NCBI GenBank assembly: GCA_049852185.1
Contig: CP187540.1
DNA: 64,000 bases
Strand: one strand, 5' to 3'
From: Methanocaldococcus sp. 28A
GTDB lineage: Archaea; AGJL01; Methanococci; Methanococcales; Methanocaldococcaceae
Below the pieces are notes generated by a model that was not told the origin of the DNA, ran no database searches, and was given only the letters and a program-made list of their open reading frames with translations. This document shows, piece after piece, positions 53,931 through 64,000 of the stretch (positions are counted from its first letter, which is position 1; every line of letters starts with the position of its first letter). The position numbers and the translations under genes are program-made.

Positions 53931-56213
53931 ATGATAGTAAAATGTCCAATTTGTGATGGTACTGGAAAAAAGGTAGTCAAATATAAAACATGCCCTGTAT
54001 GTGAAGGAACTGGATTTATAGATGAATTTTCACCAAAGCAACATATGAAAAGAGTTTCTAAGAGAGCAAACTATGACTTAGATTATGGAGAAATAGAATG
54101 TCCAAAGTGTAAAGGAACAGGAAAAGTTCCAATTTATGCAAAATGTGATTTTTGTGGTGGTAGTGGAAAAGTAGTTAAATGTGATAGATGTGGAGCTGTG
54201 ATTGGTAGATATCCTGACTTTAAAGATAGAACATTGTGTGATAAATGTTTAAAAGAAGAGGAAGAGAGGAAGAAAGGATTAAGAAATGTATATGTGTTTG
54301 ATGAATTAGCTACATTTTACGATGTTGAGCCTGGTAAATTCTATAAAGGAGTTGTTACAAGAATTGAAAAATATGGGGCTTTTATTAACTTAAATGAGCA
54401 AGTTAGAGGGCTTTTAAGACCAAGAGATAGGATAAGCTTAAGATTAGAGAATTTAAATGTTGGAGATGAAATAATAGTTCAGGCAATAGATGTAAGACCT
54501 GAAAAAAGAGAGATAGACTTTAAATACATTCCATTAACAACCTATGATTTAGTTAAATATGAAAAAGAAGTTCCTCTCTCTAATATAAAGGATATCTCTC
54601 AAAACTTAGTCGAGATGAGAGACCAGGTTGTGCATATAAGAGGAGAGGTAGTTCAAATAGTTCAAACTCCTGGACCAACAGTATTTACAATAACCGATGG
54701 AACTGACTTTGCTTGGGTAGCTGCTTTAGAAATAGCTGGTTTGAGAGCTCATCCCGATGTTAAAGTTGGAGATATAGTTGATGTTATTGGAAGAGTTACA
54801 ATAAGAGATGGAAGATTACAGATTGAGAGGATAAAACTCAATAAGTTAGTAGGTGAAGAGGCAGAAGAAATTAAGAAAAAGATAGAGGAAGAAATTGATA
54901 GAAGGGCAGAGCCTGCTAAGAATATACCATTCTTAGTTAAGAGTGAAGTTTTAGAGAGATTGAGACCAAAAATGGTGGATGTTGCTAAGAGAATTAGGAA
55001 GGCAGTTTTGGATGGAAGACCAATAATTATTAGACATCACGCAGATACTGATGGTTACTGTGGAGGAATTGCGTTAGAAAAGGCCATATTACCAATAATT
55101 GATAAATTTGCCATAGATGTTGATGCAATATGGCATTTCTTTAAGAGAAGACCTTCAAAGGCTCCATTCTATGAGTTGGAAGATGTAACAAAGGATTTGG
55201 TATTCTCTATAGAAGATGCCCTAAAGTTTGGGCAGAAATTGCCTTTAATTGTATTAATTGATAATGGAAGTACTGATGAAGATATTCCAGCTATATCCAA
55301 AGCTAAAGCCTATGGTATAGAGGTTATAGTTATAGACCACCACTTCCCTGGAGAGGTCGTTGATGGTAGAGTAGAAGTTGACGACTACGTAGATGCCCAT
55401 GTTAATCCTTATTTAGTTGGTGGAGATAGCAACTTAACTGCTGGTGTATTAGGAACTGAAATAGCGAGAATGATAAATCCAGAAGTAGAAGACGAGATAA
55501 AACACCTTCCAGGAATAGCGGTTGTTGGAGACCATGCTAAGGGAGAGGAGGCAGAGCAGTATATAAAAATAGCCCTTGATAGATTAAATGAATTTAGTAA
55601 AAAATATGGTAAGGGAAGAACCTATGATAGAGAGTATTTAGAGAAAATAGCTCTATGTATGGATTTTGAGGCATTTTACTTAAGATTCATGGATGGTAAG
55701 GGGATTGTTGATGATATATTGGCAACAAATATAAAAGAGTTTGGAAGACATGAGAAGTTAATAGATATATTGTATGAGCAGGCAATGAAGATGGTTGAAA
55801 GACAGATGAAAGCTGTAATTCCCGCTCTAAAAACAGAGTTCTTAGAGAATGGAATTATATTAAATACTTTAGATGTTGAAAAATTTGCTCACAAATTTAC
55901 ATTCCCAGCTCCAGGAAAAACCACTGGATTTGCTCATGACTATATTGTCCAAAAATATGGTGAGGATAAGCCAATTATAACTCTTTCCTATGGTCCAGAC
56001 TTTGGAGTTGTTAGAGCAACAGATGCAGTTCATGAAAAGTATAACTTCAATTTAAACTTAATAGTTGAGCAGTTAATGGAAGAAATTCCTGAAGCATCAA
56101 TAGATGGAGGAGGACATGAGTGTGCTGGTAGCTTAAAATTTGTTGAAGGTTTGAGAGATAAGGTAATAAATAGATTTATAGAAATTATTAAAAGTTTAAA
56201 GCCAAAAGAGTAA
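53931..56213 (+). CDS. RecJ-like DHH nuclease with DnaJ-type Zn finger, S1 and OB domains
   Basis: CxxCxGxG repeats, S1 (KYGAFINL), HHADTDG, DNGS, IDHH, GGGHECAG. Confidence 0.9.
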   Translation: MIVKCPICDGTGKKVVKYKTCPVCEGTGFIDEFSPKQHMKRVSKRANYDLDYGEIECPKCKGTGKVPIYAKCDFCGGSGKVVKCDRCGAVIGRYPDFKDRTLCDKCLKEEEERKKGLRNVYVFDELATFYDVEPGKFYKGVVTRIEKYGAFINLNEQVRGLLRPRDRISLRLENLNVGDEIIVQAIDVRPEKREIDFKYIPLTTYDLVKYEKEVPLSNIKDISQNLVEMRDQVVHIRGEVVQIVQTPGPTVFTITDGTDFAWVAALEIAGLRAHPDVKVGDIVDVIGRVTIRDGRLQIERIKLNKLVGEEAEEIKKKIEEEIDRRAEPAKNIPFLVKSEVLERLRPKMVDVAKRIRKAVLDGRPIIIRHHADTDGYCGGIALEKAILPIIDKFAIDVDAIWHFFKRRPSKAPFYELEDVTKDLVFSIEDALKFGQKLPLIVLIDNGSTDEDIPAISKAKAYGIEVIVIDHHFPGEVVDGRVEVDDYVDAHVNPYLVGGDSNLTAGVLGTEIARMINPEVEDEIKHLPGIAVVGDHAKGEEAEQYIKIALDRLNEFSKKYGKGRTYDREYLEKIALCMDFEAFYLRFMDGKGIVDDILATNIKEFGRHEKLIDILYEQAMKMVERQMKAVIPALKTEFLENGIILNTLDVEKFAHKFTFPAPGKTTGFAHDYIVQKYGEDKPIITLSYGPDFGVVRATDAVHEKYNFNLNLIVEQLMEEIPEASIDGGGHECAGSLKFVEGLRDKVINRFIEIIKSLKPKE

Positions 56214-56235
56214 TTAAAAAATAAAAATAACTCTT

Positions 56236-56667
56236 TTAGATTTTTTTGCTCATTTCATATAAGAAGATAGATAAATTACCTAAAGCTCCAATCTCATTTT
56301 CAACAATGTATCTTCCTAATCCTTTTTCTAACTCTAATTTTGTAAATCCTGTTGAAGCTCCACAGAAAACAACTAAATCATTTTCTCCAATTTCATTAAA
56401 ATCTAATTTTTCCTCACAAATATTTTTGTTGCCTATTAAAAACACTTTCTCAGGTCTTAAAACTTCTATAGCATCATCCAACTCTTCAAAGAATAAAACA
56501 TTTTTTCCTAATTTGTATGCCATTTTATGCAATGTAGGAATTCCACTTTGAGCAGCTGATGCTGTTGCTTTTGTAACAACTATTGTATTGACATCAAATC
56601 CATATGCAATTCTTCCAAACTCTTCTACCTGCTTAGAACTGTATGTGTTATGCAAGCAAATAAACAT
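56236..56667 (-). CDS. Conserved archaeal protein, SPOUT-like
   Basis: LHNTYS, AAQSGIP, VFCG...GF...E. Confidence 0.55.
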   Translation of the reverse strand: MFICLHNTYSSKQVEEFGRIAYGFDVNTIVVTKATASAAQSGIPTLHKMAYKLGKNVLFFEELDDAIEVLRPEKVFLIGNKNICEEKLDFNEIGENDLVVFCGASTGFTKLELEKGLGRYIVENEIGALGNLSIFLYEMSKKI

Positions 56668-56813
56668 AACCTCTCACCTTTTTAGTTTTTTAGTCTTTTA
56701 TTATTACAAGACAGATTATTTATTCTAAATTACTTTCTAAACTACTTTATTTTAAGTTTTCTTTAACTACCTTAGCTATAGCTTTACTCAAAGCTACAGG
56801 AACACTCTCCTCC

Positions 56814-56876
56814 GAACCTTTTAGTAAAAGCTTCACTAAAATATAACACCTCCTCGCTTACGCTCGGAGGTGTAAC
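56814..56876 (-). repeat. Double-hairpin element downstream of dcm
   Basis: Reverse strand ACACCTCC-GAGCGTAAGCGA-GGAGGTGT then TGAAGCTTTT-ACT-AAAAGGTTC. Confidence 0.8.
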
Positions 56877-56877
56877 T

Positions 56878-57975
56878 TTATAAATTATTTTTAATTTCTC
56901 GTGCTATAGCTCTACTCAAAGCTACAGGAACACTTTCTCCTATCTGATTATAACAGCTTCTTATTCCCCCAGCAAATAGGTGATAATCAGGATAACTCAT
57001 CAACCTTGCCTGTTCTCTTGGTGTTAATAATCTATCTTCATAAGGATGGATAAAGAATCTCTTACCCATAACTGTCTCAGCTAATTTTAGAGGATGTAAT
57101 CTTATGTAATTTCCTAACCTTCTATTAGCCCCTTTGAAATAGATAAATGCATCCCCCCAACCTAATCTATGAACTCTCTTCCTAAATCTTGCAGGTAGAG
57201 CGGCAAATTCATGATTTGGAATATCTCTACCTTTATACATTAAATCTCCTATAGCCTCAATAACAGTTTTTGGCTGAGTTTTTTCTGGATTAATTTCTAT
57301 GTTTGAGACAAAGACTCTCCTTCTAACAGATGGATTTCCATAATCCTCTGCTTTTAATGTGTTGAAATAGACATTTTCATAACCAATTTCTCTAAACTCT
57401 TTTATTATTTCTCCTCTAACCTCTTTAATTCCAGGAACATTTTCCATAACAAATATTTTTGGCTGTAAGTCCCCAACAATCCTTATATACTCTAAAACTA
57501 ATCTTCCAGTTTCATCTTTATATAATCTATCATAAGGATTTTTCTCTCTTTTTGGATTAGCTCCTGTATATCCTTCACAAGGCGGACCTCCAATAATAAC
57601 ATCTACTTTTTTATTTTTGATGAACTTTTTTATCTCAAGTGAATGAATTTCTCTAATATCATCATTAATAACAACTGGATTTAGTTTTTCAGTTTTTTTA
57701 TTTAAAGTTCCCAATTTTTTTAACCACTTTATATCTTCCTCCTCAAAAGGAAATTTAAATGAGTATATCCCAACATAACCCTTTAATTCTTTCAATTTGA
57801 ATTCTCCAGGTCTTACTTTTTCATATATTCTACCATTAAAATTTAATGCATAAGAAAAAGCAGCATCTTCCTCTATTTCAATAGCCACTAATGGCTCAAA
57901 ACCCACATCTACAAACCCTCTTGAAAATCCCCCACATCCACAAAATAAATCAATAAATTTCAACATTATCACCAA
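56878..57975 (-). CDS. DNA (cytosine-5) methyltransferase, no adjacent endonuclease
   Basis: DLFCGCGG, GGPPC, MENV, RRRVF, TPREQARL, QIGESVP. Confidence 0.93.
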   Translation of the reverse strand: MVIMLKFIDLFCGCGGFSRGFVDVGFEPLVAIEIEEDAAFSYALNFNGRIYEKVRPGEFKLKELKGYVGIYSFKFPFEEEDIKWLKKLGTLNKKTEKLNPVVINDDIREIHSLEIKKFIKNKKVDVIIGGPPCEGYTGANPKREKNPYDRLYKDETGRLVLEYIRIVGDLQPKIFVMENVPGIKEVRGEIIKEFREIGYENVYFNTLKAEDYGNPSVRRRVFVSNIEINPEKTQPKTVIEAIGDLMYKGRDIPNHEFAALPARFRKRVHRLGWGDAFIYFKGANRRLGNYIRLHPLKLAETVMGKRFFIHPYEDRLLTPREQARLMSYPDYHLFAGGIRSCYNQIGESVPVALSRAIAREIKNNL

Positions 57976-58048
57976 AAATAAAATGTTATTTAAAAAATAA
58001 AGTAACGCTTAAAAATTTTTAATTGAAGGGTAAAAAAGCTATAATAAT

Positions 58049-58261
58049 TTATTGTGATTCTTGAGCTTTCTTTAACTCTGCTTTCATATCTTGATAAACC
58101 TTAGTCCATTTTAATTTTCTTGGGTTTCTTCCCATTTTATAACTCTTCTCACATTTTGATGAGCAGAAATACAATACAGTTCCATCTTTTTCTACTATCA
58201 TTTTTCCTTTTCCTGGCTCAATTTCATAACCGCAAAAGCTGCAAGTTCTCCATTCTGGCAT
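58049..58261 (-). CDS. rpl24e: 50S ribosomal protein L24e
   Basis: CSFCG..I.PGKG...FCSSKC...RNPRKLKWT. Confidence 0.97.
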   Translation of the reverse strand: MPEWRTCSFCGYEIEPGKGKMIVEKDGTVLYFCSSKCEKSYKMGRNPRKLKWTKVYQDMKAELKKAQESQ

Positions 58262-58322
58262 AGCTATCCCTCTTTAAATAGTGTTTCAATGATTTAAAAT
58301 AATAGTTAGAGTATTAAGTTAT

Positions 58323-58559
58323 TTATCTTCTTCTGTCTAATGGTCTTGCTTCTCTTTCTGTCTCTCTTAACATTATGATGTCTCCAACTTTAACTGGACC
58401 TTTAACGTTTCTAACTAAAACTCTACCCGTATCTTTTCCACCTAAGATTTTACATCTAACTTGTATGATTCCTCCAGTAACTCCTGTTCTACCAATAACT
58501 TCAATAACCTCAGCAGCTACTGCCTCTTTATAAACAAATTCATCTTCCATCCTCATCAC
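58323..58559 (-). CDS. rps28e: 30S ribosomal protein S28e
   Basis: IGRTG..G...QV...[21 protein letters not shown]. Confidence 0.97.
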   Translation of the reverse strand: MMRMEDEFVYKEAVAAEVIEVIGRTGVTGGIIQVRCKILGGKDTGRVLVRNVKGPVKVGDIIMLRETEREARPLDRRR

Positions 58560-58622
58560 CTATAAAAAGGCTAAATTAGAAAATTTATAAAAAAATATTT
58601 GATAAATTCAGCTTCTAATAAT

Positions 58623-58976
58623 TTACTGTTTCAAAGCATTTACTTTTTCAATTAATGCCTTCAACTCTTCAGCATCTCCTTCGTTGACGATAGCAACTGA
58701 TGATGCAGCAACTTCTAATCCAGCTGCTCTACCTAAATCTTGTTTTGAAGCTACGTAAGCGTAAGGGATTCCTTTTTCTTCACATAAGTATGGAAGGTGA
58801 GCAACAACTTCTTCTGGTTTAACATCTTCAGCAATGATAACTAATTTTGCTATTCCTCTCTCTACAGCTTTTGTAACTTCATTAGCCCCTTTCTTTATTT
58901 TTTGTGCTTTTGCAACTGCATCTAATAACTCTTTTTGAATTTCTTCTGGAACTTTAAATTTTACATAAACTGCCAT
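58623..58976 (-). CDS. rpl7ae: Ribosomal protein L7Ae
   Basis: [28 protein letters not shown]. Confidence 0.97.
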   Translation of the reverse strand: MAVYVKFKVPEEIQKELLDAVAKAQKIKKGANEVTKAVERGIAKLVIIAEDVKPEEVVAHLPYLCEEKGIPYAYVASKQDLGRAAGLEVAASSVAIVNEGDAEELKALIEKVNALKQ

Positions 58977-59028
58977 AGCTTTCAACCTCCTTCATTTATT
59001 AAAAAATGGGCAATCCGGAGGGAATTGC

Positions 59029-59067
59029 CCACTCCTACAGGGCAAAAGCCCTGTAGTATCATCGTGG
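59029..59067 (-). promoter_or_regulatory. Kink-turn in the rpl7ae 5' UTR (autoregulation site)
   Basis: CCAC-GAU-GA...CUACAGGGC-UUUU-GCCCUGUAG-GA-GUGG; TATA about 59102-59110. Confidence 0.7.
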
Positions 59068-59123
59068 TTTAGAATAGGTATAACAACTTATTGATTTTTA
59101 GTATATAAAACTTTTGGATAAAT

Positions 59124-59990
59124 TTATAGAATTCTTTCAATTGGCACTACTAATATATCTCTTGCCCCCAAAGCGTGAAGTTTAGGAACTAATGTAAATA
59201 TCTCATCCTCATTAACAACGGCATGGATTGCAACCATGCTGTCATCAGATAGGACTTCAGAAACTGTTGGACCAGCCATTCCTGGAATTAGCTTTCTAAT
59301 TTCCTCAACCTTATCTTTCGGGGCATTCATCATAATTAATCTTTTTGTTTCGGCAAATAAAACACTTTTTATGGCAATAACTATTTGATTTATCTTTTCT
59401 CTCTTTTCTTTATCCTTTAAGCTATTTTTATTGGCTATTAACCTTGTAGTTGATGAGACAATCTCATCTATAACTTTCAACCTATTTAACTTTAAAGTAG
59501 TCCCTGTAGATGTTAAATCACTAATTAAATCAGCTATACCTATGAATGGAGCTATTTCTGTTGCTCCACTAAGTTCAATGATTTCAACTTTCTTATTTAA
59601 TTTTTCAAAATATTTTTTTGTTAGATTGGGAAACTCTGTAGCTACTCTCATCCCTTCTTTTATGTCATCAATACTGTTTATCTCTGAACTCTCCGGAGCA
59701 GCCAAAACCAATTTTGCAAATCCAAAACCAAAATCTAATAGAAAATCAACTTTATCTTCAACATTTCTCTCTAAGACCAAATCATAGCCAGTAACTCCAA
59801 TGTCAGCAACACCATCAGCTACAAATTCAGGAATGTCTCTTGCCCTTGCAAACATTACTTTAATGTTGTCATCTACAGTATTTGCAAATAAACTTCTGCC
59901 TTTAATAGTAATCTTTAACCCTGCTTTCTCTAAAACTTTCATTACTGGCTCTGAAATTCTCCCTTTATTTGGTAGTGCAAACATTATCAT
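59124..59990 (-). CDS. hisG: ATP phosphoribosyltransferase (long form)
   Basis: ALPNKGR, DIP.FV, GVTG.D, ATEFP, GATE.AP, DLTSTG.TL. Confidence 0.97.
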   Translation of the reverse strand: MIMFALPNKGRISEPVMKVLEKAGLKITIKGRSLFANTVDDNIKVMFARARDIPEFVADGVADIGVTGYDLVLERNVEDKVDFLLDFGFGFAKLVLAAPESSEINSIDDIKEGMRVATEFPNLTKKYFEKLNKKVEIIELSGATEIAPFIGIADLISDLTSTGTTLKLNRLKVIDEIVSSTTRLIANKNSLKDKEKREKINQIVIAIKSVLFAETKRLIMMNAPKDKVEEIRKLIPGMAGPTVSEVLSDDSMVAIHAVVNEDEIFTLVPKLHALGARDILVVPIERIL

Positions 59991-60007
59991 CCTATCACGT
60001 AAAAAAT

Positions 60008-60319
60008 TTATGTATTTATATTTCTTATTTTTCCTCTCTTTCTTAGAATTTCCTTTTTTATTTTTTCTCCACTAACTCTAAGTAAATTTGAAACACTTCT
60101 TGGTATTTTTCCATTATCAGAAAGTATTTTTGCAATAATGCTTGATAATAAAAAGATGGCATATATATGCTCAGCTTTTGTTCTATGTATGTGATGTGGA
60201 TAAATATTTAACTCATCATACTCTTTAAATTCGTTATTATCGCAATTATATTTTTTTTCAATATATTTTCTTAAATAAATAAGGAGTTGATGTAATTGTA
60301 TAAGCTCATCTTTATGCAT
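60008..60319 (-). CDS. UPF0058-family metal-binding protein
   Basis: [10 protein letters not shown]...YP.HIHRTK.EH. Confidence 0.8.
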   Translation of the reverse strand: MHKDELIQLHQLLIYLRKYIEKKYNCDNNEFKEYDELNIYPHHIHRTKAEHIYAIFLLSSIIAKILSDNGKIPRSVSNLLRVSGEKIKKEILRKRGKIRNINT

Positions 60320-61589
60320 TTAAATCACCAAAAGTGATAACTGTCAAATTAACAGGTTTTTTTATAATTTTTGCATCCTTACAGAAAATTAAATTAGTTT
60401 TCTCATAAAGTATATCTATAAGCTTTTGATTAACAGTTCCATTAATTATAATTGTATCAACGGTTTTATAGTTATCTATATTACTTATTAGTTCTTCAAC
60501 ACCAACAATAACCTCTTCTTTATCTCCAAAAATTATTAATGCCTCAGAATCTTTTAATTTGTTGAACTTTTCATAAAACTTTCGATATTTCTTGATTTTT
60601 GGAGGAAGCCTTTCTATATCATTTAAGGGATTGCATTCATTACTTACATCTATTTCATTAATTTTATTATAACTTATGTTTATTTCTGCCTTTGTTTCTG
60701 GCATTATTTGGACTTCTATATTTTTAATATCTTCTTTGCATATAATTTTTTCATCAACTTTTTGCTTATCTTTTAATATTTGACTTAATATATGTTCAGC
60801 AGGGATTTTGCTTCTTAAGCATTTTATTATTTCTTTTTTAGATAACTCTTCAACTTCTTTTCCTTGAGGAGCTCTTGCTATAAAATCAACATCACAAACA
60901 TGTAATAGCTCTTTTAAAATCAGTTCTCCTCCTCTATCCCCATCTGTAAAGACAGTTACTATCTTTTTCTTACTAAGCTCTATTATGGTTTTTGGAACTG
61001 AAGTTCCCTCAACTGCTATCACATTTTTAATACCACATCTCAATAAATTGAGAACATCAGCTCTTCCCTCAACAATTATAATATCGTCTGAGCTATCAAC
61101 TGCAGGACCTGCAGGAAGTTTTTCAGGCCCATACTCAATAATCTCCCCCATCCTTACACTTTCTTTAACTTCTTCAACAATTGTATTTATATCAATATTA
61201 CTCATTAACTGCTTTAATATCTCCTTAGCTCTCTCAACTATGTATTCTCTCTTTTTCTTTCTAACATCTTCAATATCTATTACTTTAACTGTTGCTACAC
61301 ACGGCCCTACTCTATCTATTGTTTCTAAGGTAGCAGCTAATATTGATGTTTCAATTCTATCTAAACTTGAAGGGACTGTTATCTTAGCTATTGACTTTCC
61401 ATTAATATTGGTTAGCTCAACATCTATTCTTCCAACTCTTCCTGTCTTTTGTAGCTCTCTTAAATCTAATTCATCTCCCAACAGCCCCTCTGTCTGCCCA
61501 AATATTGCTCCAATGACATCATGTTTTTCAACGTAACCATCAGCGATGAGCTCGGCATAAATGATATACTTAGTAGTTCCTAAATCCAT
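60312..61589 (-). CDS. dnaG: Archaeal DnaG
   Basis: [32 protein letters not shown] Toprim. Confidence 0.95.
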   Translation of the reverse strand: MDLGTTKYIIYAELIADGYVEKHDVIGAIFGQTEGLLGDELDLRELQKTGRVGRIDVELTNINGKSIAKITVPSSLDRIETSILAATLETIDRVGPCVATVKVIDIEDVRKKKREYIVERAKEILKQLMSNIDINTIVEEVKESVRMGEIIEYGPEKLPAGPAVDSSDDIIIVEGRADVLNLLRCGIKNVIAVEGTSVPKTIIELSKKKIVTVFTDGDRGGELILKELLHVCDVDFIARAPQGKEVEELSKKEIIKCLRSKIPAEHILSQILKDKQKVDEKIICKEDIKNIEVQIMPETKAEINISYNKINEIDVSNECNPLNDIERLPPKIKKYRKFYEKFNKLKDSEALIIFGDKEEVIVGVEELISNIDNYKTVDTIIINGTVNQKLIDILYEKTNLIFCKDAKIIKKPVNLTVITFGDLNA

Positions 61590-61690
61590 GATAATCACCA
61601 GTAATAATTCTACCAGTCTCATGAGTGAGAGTAATCTCACAATATCTAACATATCTAATAGAACAAATTAAAGTATAAAAAATTATTTTT

Positions 61691-61802
61691 ATAGTTGTGT
61701 GCAAAACTATCTTAAATAAAATAAGGAATTAGTGAATGCCTTCCATAAGGAAGGCATTCAAATTGTCCTTATAAAAGTTTATTTTATTTTGCACACAACT
61801 AT
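61691..61802. repeat. Intact 112-bp palindromic MITE-like element
   Basis: 16-bp TIR ATAGTTGTGTGCAAAA / TTTTGCACACAACTAT; central hairpin TGAATGCCTTCC-ATAA-GGAAGGCATTCA. Confidence 0.9.
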
Positions 61803-61917
61803 ATTTTGGAGCTTCTTACATTATTGAATATTATATTAAAATATTTGACATAATAAAACCAAAAAGTATATATAGTAGTTCTACGTATGTTATTCTTGCT
61901 TACAACCGCTCAAATGA

Positions 61918-61993
61918 GCGGCCTTGGTGTAGCCTGGTAACACACGGGCCTGCCACGCCCGGACCCCGGGTTCAAATCCCGGAGGCCGCACCA
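61918..61993 (+). tRNA. tRNA-Gly(GCC)
   Basis: CGGGC-CTGCCAC-GCCCG anticodon arm, GGTTCAAATCC, encoded CCA. Confidence 0.97.
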
Positions 61994-62027
61994 CTGGCTT
62001 TAATTAGCCAGGGCTTGATTTGAACAT

Positions 62028-62103
62028 GCGCCGGTGGTGTAGCCTGGTATCACTCTGGCCTTCCAAGCCAGCGACCCGGGTTCAAATCCCGGCCGGCGCA
62101 CCA
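62028..62103 (+). tRNA. tRNA-Gly(TCC)
   Basis: CTGGC-CTTCCAA-GCCAG anticodon arm, encoded CCA. Confidence 0.97.
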
Positions 62104-62177
62104 TAATTTATTTTTTATTTTACTTCTATATATTCATGAAATTAAATTAATAAATTTAAAATTTTTCCTGTGAAATT

Positions 62178-62858
62178 ATGAGGGTTTATTTAAGATTTCA
62201 TTTAGATATACCAAAAGAAGTTTGTAAAAGCTTAGAGGTTGATAATTACATTAATGAAGATATTGAAATTAATTTAAAATGTGAGAAAAAGCCTATATTG
62301 TATGTTAAAACTCATTCTATAGGTTCTTTAAAATCAATATTGGATGATTTCTTTAGATGTTTAAATGCTGGAATGGAAGTTTATGGCATAACAAAATATT
62401 ATTTAATAAGGAATGTAACTAAGGATGATTTAAATAAATTTTTAGAATTATACTATAAAGCATATAGAGGTTTTGATAAATATTATTATAAAAAGAAGAA
62501 ATGGGCAAGATGGTATTTTAAATGGTTGATGAGGAGAGATGAAAATGGATTTTTTGTATATGAAATAGAAGGAAAGCCCATAGGTTTTGTAGCCTGTGAT
62601 TGCAATTGGATTAGTAATATAGAAAAAAGAGAAGTGGCTGAAATACATGAAATATTTGTTGACCCAGATTTTAGAGGAAAAGGAATTGGAACCGCTTTAA
62701 TAAACAAAGCTATTGAATATGCCAAGAAAAGAGGAAGAAATATTGTAGAGTTGTGGGTTGGGGTTGAGAATGAAAAGGCAATTGAATTTTATAAAAATTT
62801 GGGATTTGAGGAGAAAGAAGTAGTTAAAGAATGGTTAAGGATGGTAAAGAGGATTTAA
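62178..62858 (+). CDS. GNAT acetyltransferase with N-terminal Pcc1-like domain
   Basis: VDPDFRGKGIGTAL, N.KAI.FY..LGF; first ~70 aa resemble Pcc1. Confidence 0.8.
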   Translation: MRVYLRFHLDIPKEVCKSLEVDNYINEDIEINLKCEKKPILYVKTHSIGSLKSILDDFFRCLNAGMEVYGITKYYLIRNVTKDDLNKFLELYYKAYRGFDKYYYKKKKWARWYFKWLMRRDENGFFVYEIEGKPIGFVACDCNWISNIEKREVAEIHEIFVDPDFRGKGIGTALINKAIEYAKKRGRNIVELWVGVENEKAIEFYKNLGFEEKEVVKEWLRMVKRI

Positions 62859-62961
62859 TTAATACTTTTTTAAATTTGTTGTTTTAATAAAGGATTAACT
62901 TTAAATATAAAAAATTTATCTTATCATTTTTACTGTTGATAATTAGGACTTGGTGATATAG

Positions 62962-64000
62962 ATGAGAAATATAATCGTAAAAAAATTAGATATTGAGCCA
63001 ATTGAGGAAAGACCTGTTGAAATTGTTGAAAGAAAGGGTCTAGGACATCCAGATTCAATTTGTGATGGTATAGCTGAGAGTGTTAGTAGGGCTTTATGTA
63101 AGATGTATATTGAAAAGTTTGGAACTATTTTGCATCACAACACAGACCAAGTTGAGCTTGTAGGAGGGCATGCCTATCCTAAATTTGGAGGAGGAGTAAT
63201 GGTAAGTCCTATTTATATTTTATTATCAGGAAGAGCTACTATGGAAATTTTAGATAAAGAGAAAAATGAAGTTATAAAGCTTCCAGTAGGAACAACAGCA
63301 ATCAAAGCAGCTAAGGAATATTTAAAGAAGGTTTTAAGAAATGTTGATATTGATAAAGATATAATTATTGACTGTAGAATTGGACAAGGTAGTATGGATT
63401 TAGTTGATGTCTTTGAAAGGCAAAAAAATGAAGTTCCTTTAGCTAACGATACATCATTTGGTGTTGGCTACGCTCCATTATCAACAACAGAAAGGTTAGT
63501 TTTAGAAACAGAGAGATTTTTAAATAGTTATGAATTGAAGAAAGAAATTCCAGCAGTAGGAGAGGATATAAAAGTTATGGGTTTAAGAGAAGGGAAGAAA
63601 ATTACTTTAACAATTGCTATGGCTGTTGTGGATAAGTATGTTAAAAATATTGAGGAATATAAAGAGGTTATTAAGAAAGTAAAAGAAAAAGTTGAAGAGT
63701 TAGCTAAAAAAATAGCTGATGGATATGAGGTTGAGATTAATATAAACACTGCAGATGACTACGAAAGAGAAAGTGTTTATTTAACAGTTACTGGAACCTC
63801 TGCAGAAATGGGAGATGATGGTTCTGTAGGTAGAGGGAATAGAGTTAATGGATTAATAACTCCATTTAGACCTATGAGTATGGAGGCTGCAAGTGGTAAA
63901 AACCCAGTAAATCATGTAGGTAAGATTTATAACATCTTAGCTAACTTAATAGCAAATGATATAGCTAAGTTGGAGGGAGTTAAGGAGTGTTATGTAAGAA
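62962..64000 (+). CDS. mat: Archaeal S-adenosylmethionine synthetase (partial)
   Basis: Not in ORF track; MRNIIV...[14 protein letters not shown]...LHHNTD...ANDTSFGVG...GEDIKVMG...[13 protein letters not shown]. Confidence 0.96.
   Translation, partial: MRNIIVKKLDIEPIEERPVEIVERKGLGHPDSICDGIAESVSRALCKMYIEKFGTILHHNTDQVELVGGHAYPKFGGGVMVSPIYILLSGRATMEILDKEKNEVIKLPVGTTAIKAAKEYLKKVLRNVDIDKDIIIDCRIGQGSMDLVDVFERQKNEVPLANDTSFGVGYAPLSTTERLVLETERFLNSYELKKEIPAVGEDIKVMGLREGKKITLTIAMAVVDKYVKNIEEYKEVIKKVKEKVEELAKKIADGYEVEININTADDYERESVYLTVTGTSAEMGDDGSVGRGNRVNGLITPFRPMSMEAASGKNPVNHVGKIYNILANLIANDIAKLEGVKECYVR

Overview
AT-rich archaeal chromosome window, most likely Methanocaldococcus. The evidence is reverse gyrase with an intein, an Hmd paralog, mfnD, and gene order resembling M. 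jannaschii blocks. It is mostly housekeeping genes: rnz, wecB, hef, taw3, rgy, dys, cbiH, hisD, aroD, leuA, thrS, r-proteins, hisG, dnaG and mat. It also holds an oxidative-stress cluster (SOR, rubredoxins, Prx, Rbr, FprA, Isf, AfpA), a divergent CooS plus Frh-like module, three tRNAs, one box C/D guide RNA and an IS graveyard around tRNA-Val (24.1-30.8 kb). Four observations stand out. (1) Several ~60-70 nt double-hairpin elements sit between a working gene terminus and an orphaned second copy of it; the copies differ almost only at synonymous or conservative positions (frhG-like, nikR-like, dcm), which suggests element-end-anchored allele replacement. (2) A TnpA-less TnpB has Gln at its third RuvC position, and ~6 kb from its own 3' RNA region lies a separate promoter-bearing copy of an omegaRNA-like scaffold with a different 3' flank, divergent from the oxidative-stress operon. 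(3) cooS carries a perfect 171-bp in-frame duplication. (4) A decayed NarK-type nitrate transporter has an NrpR-like operator. All family assignments come from reading motifs by eye; no database search was run.
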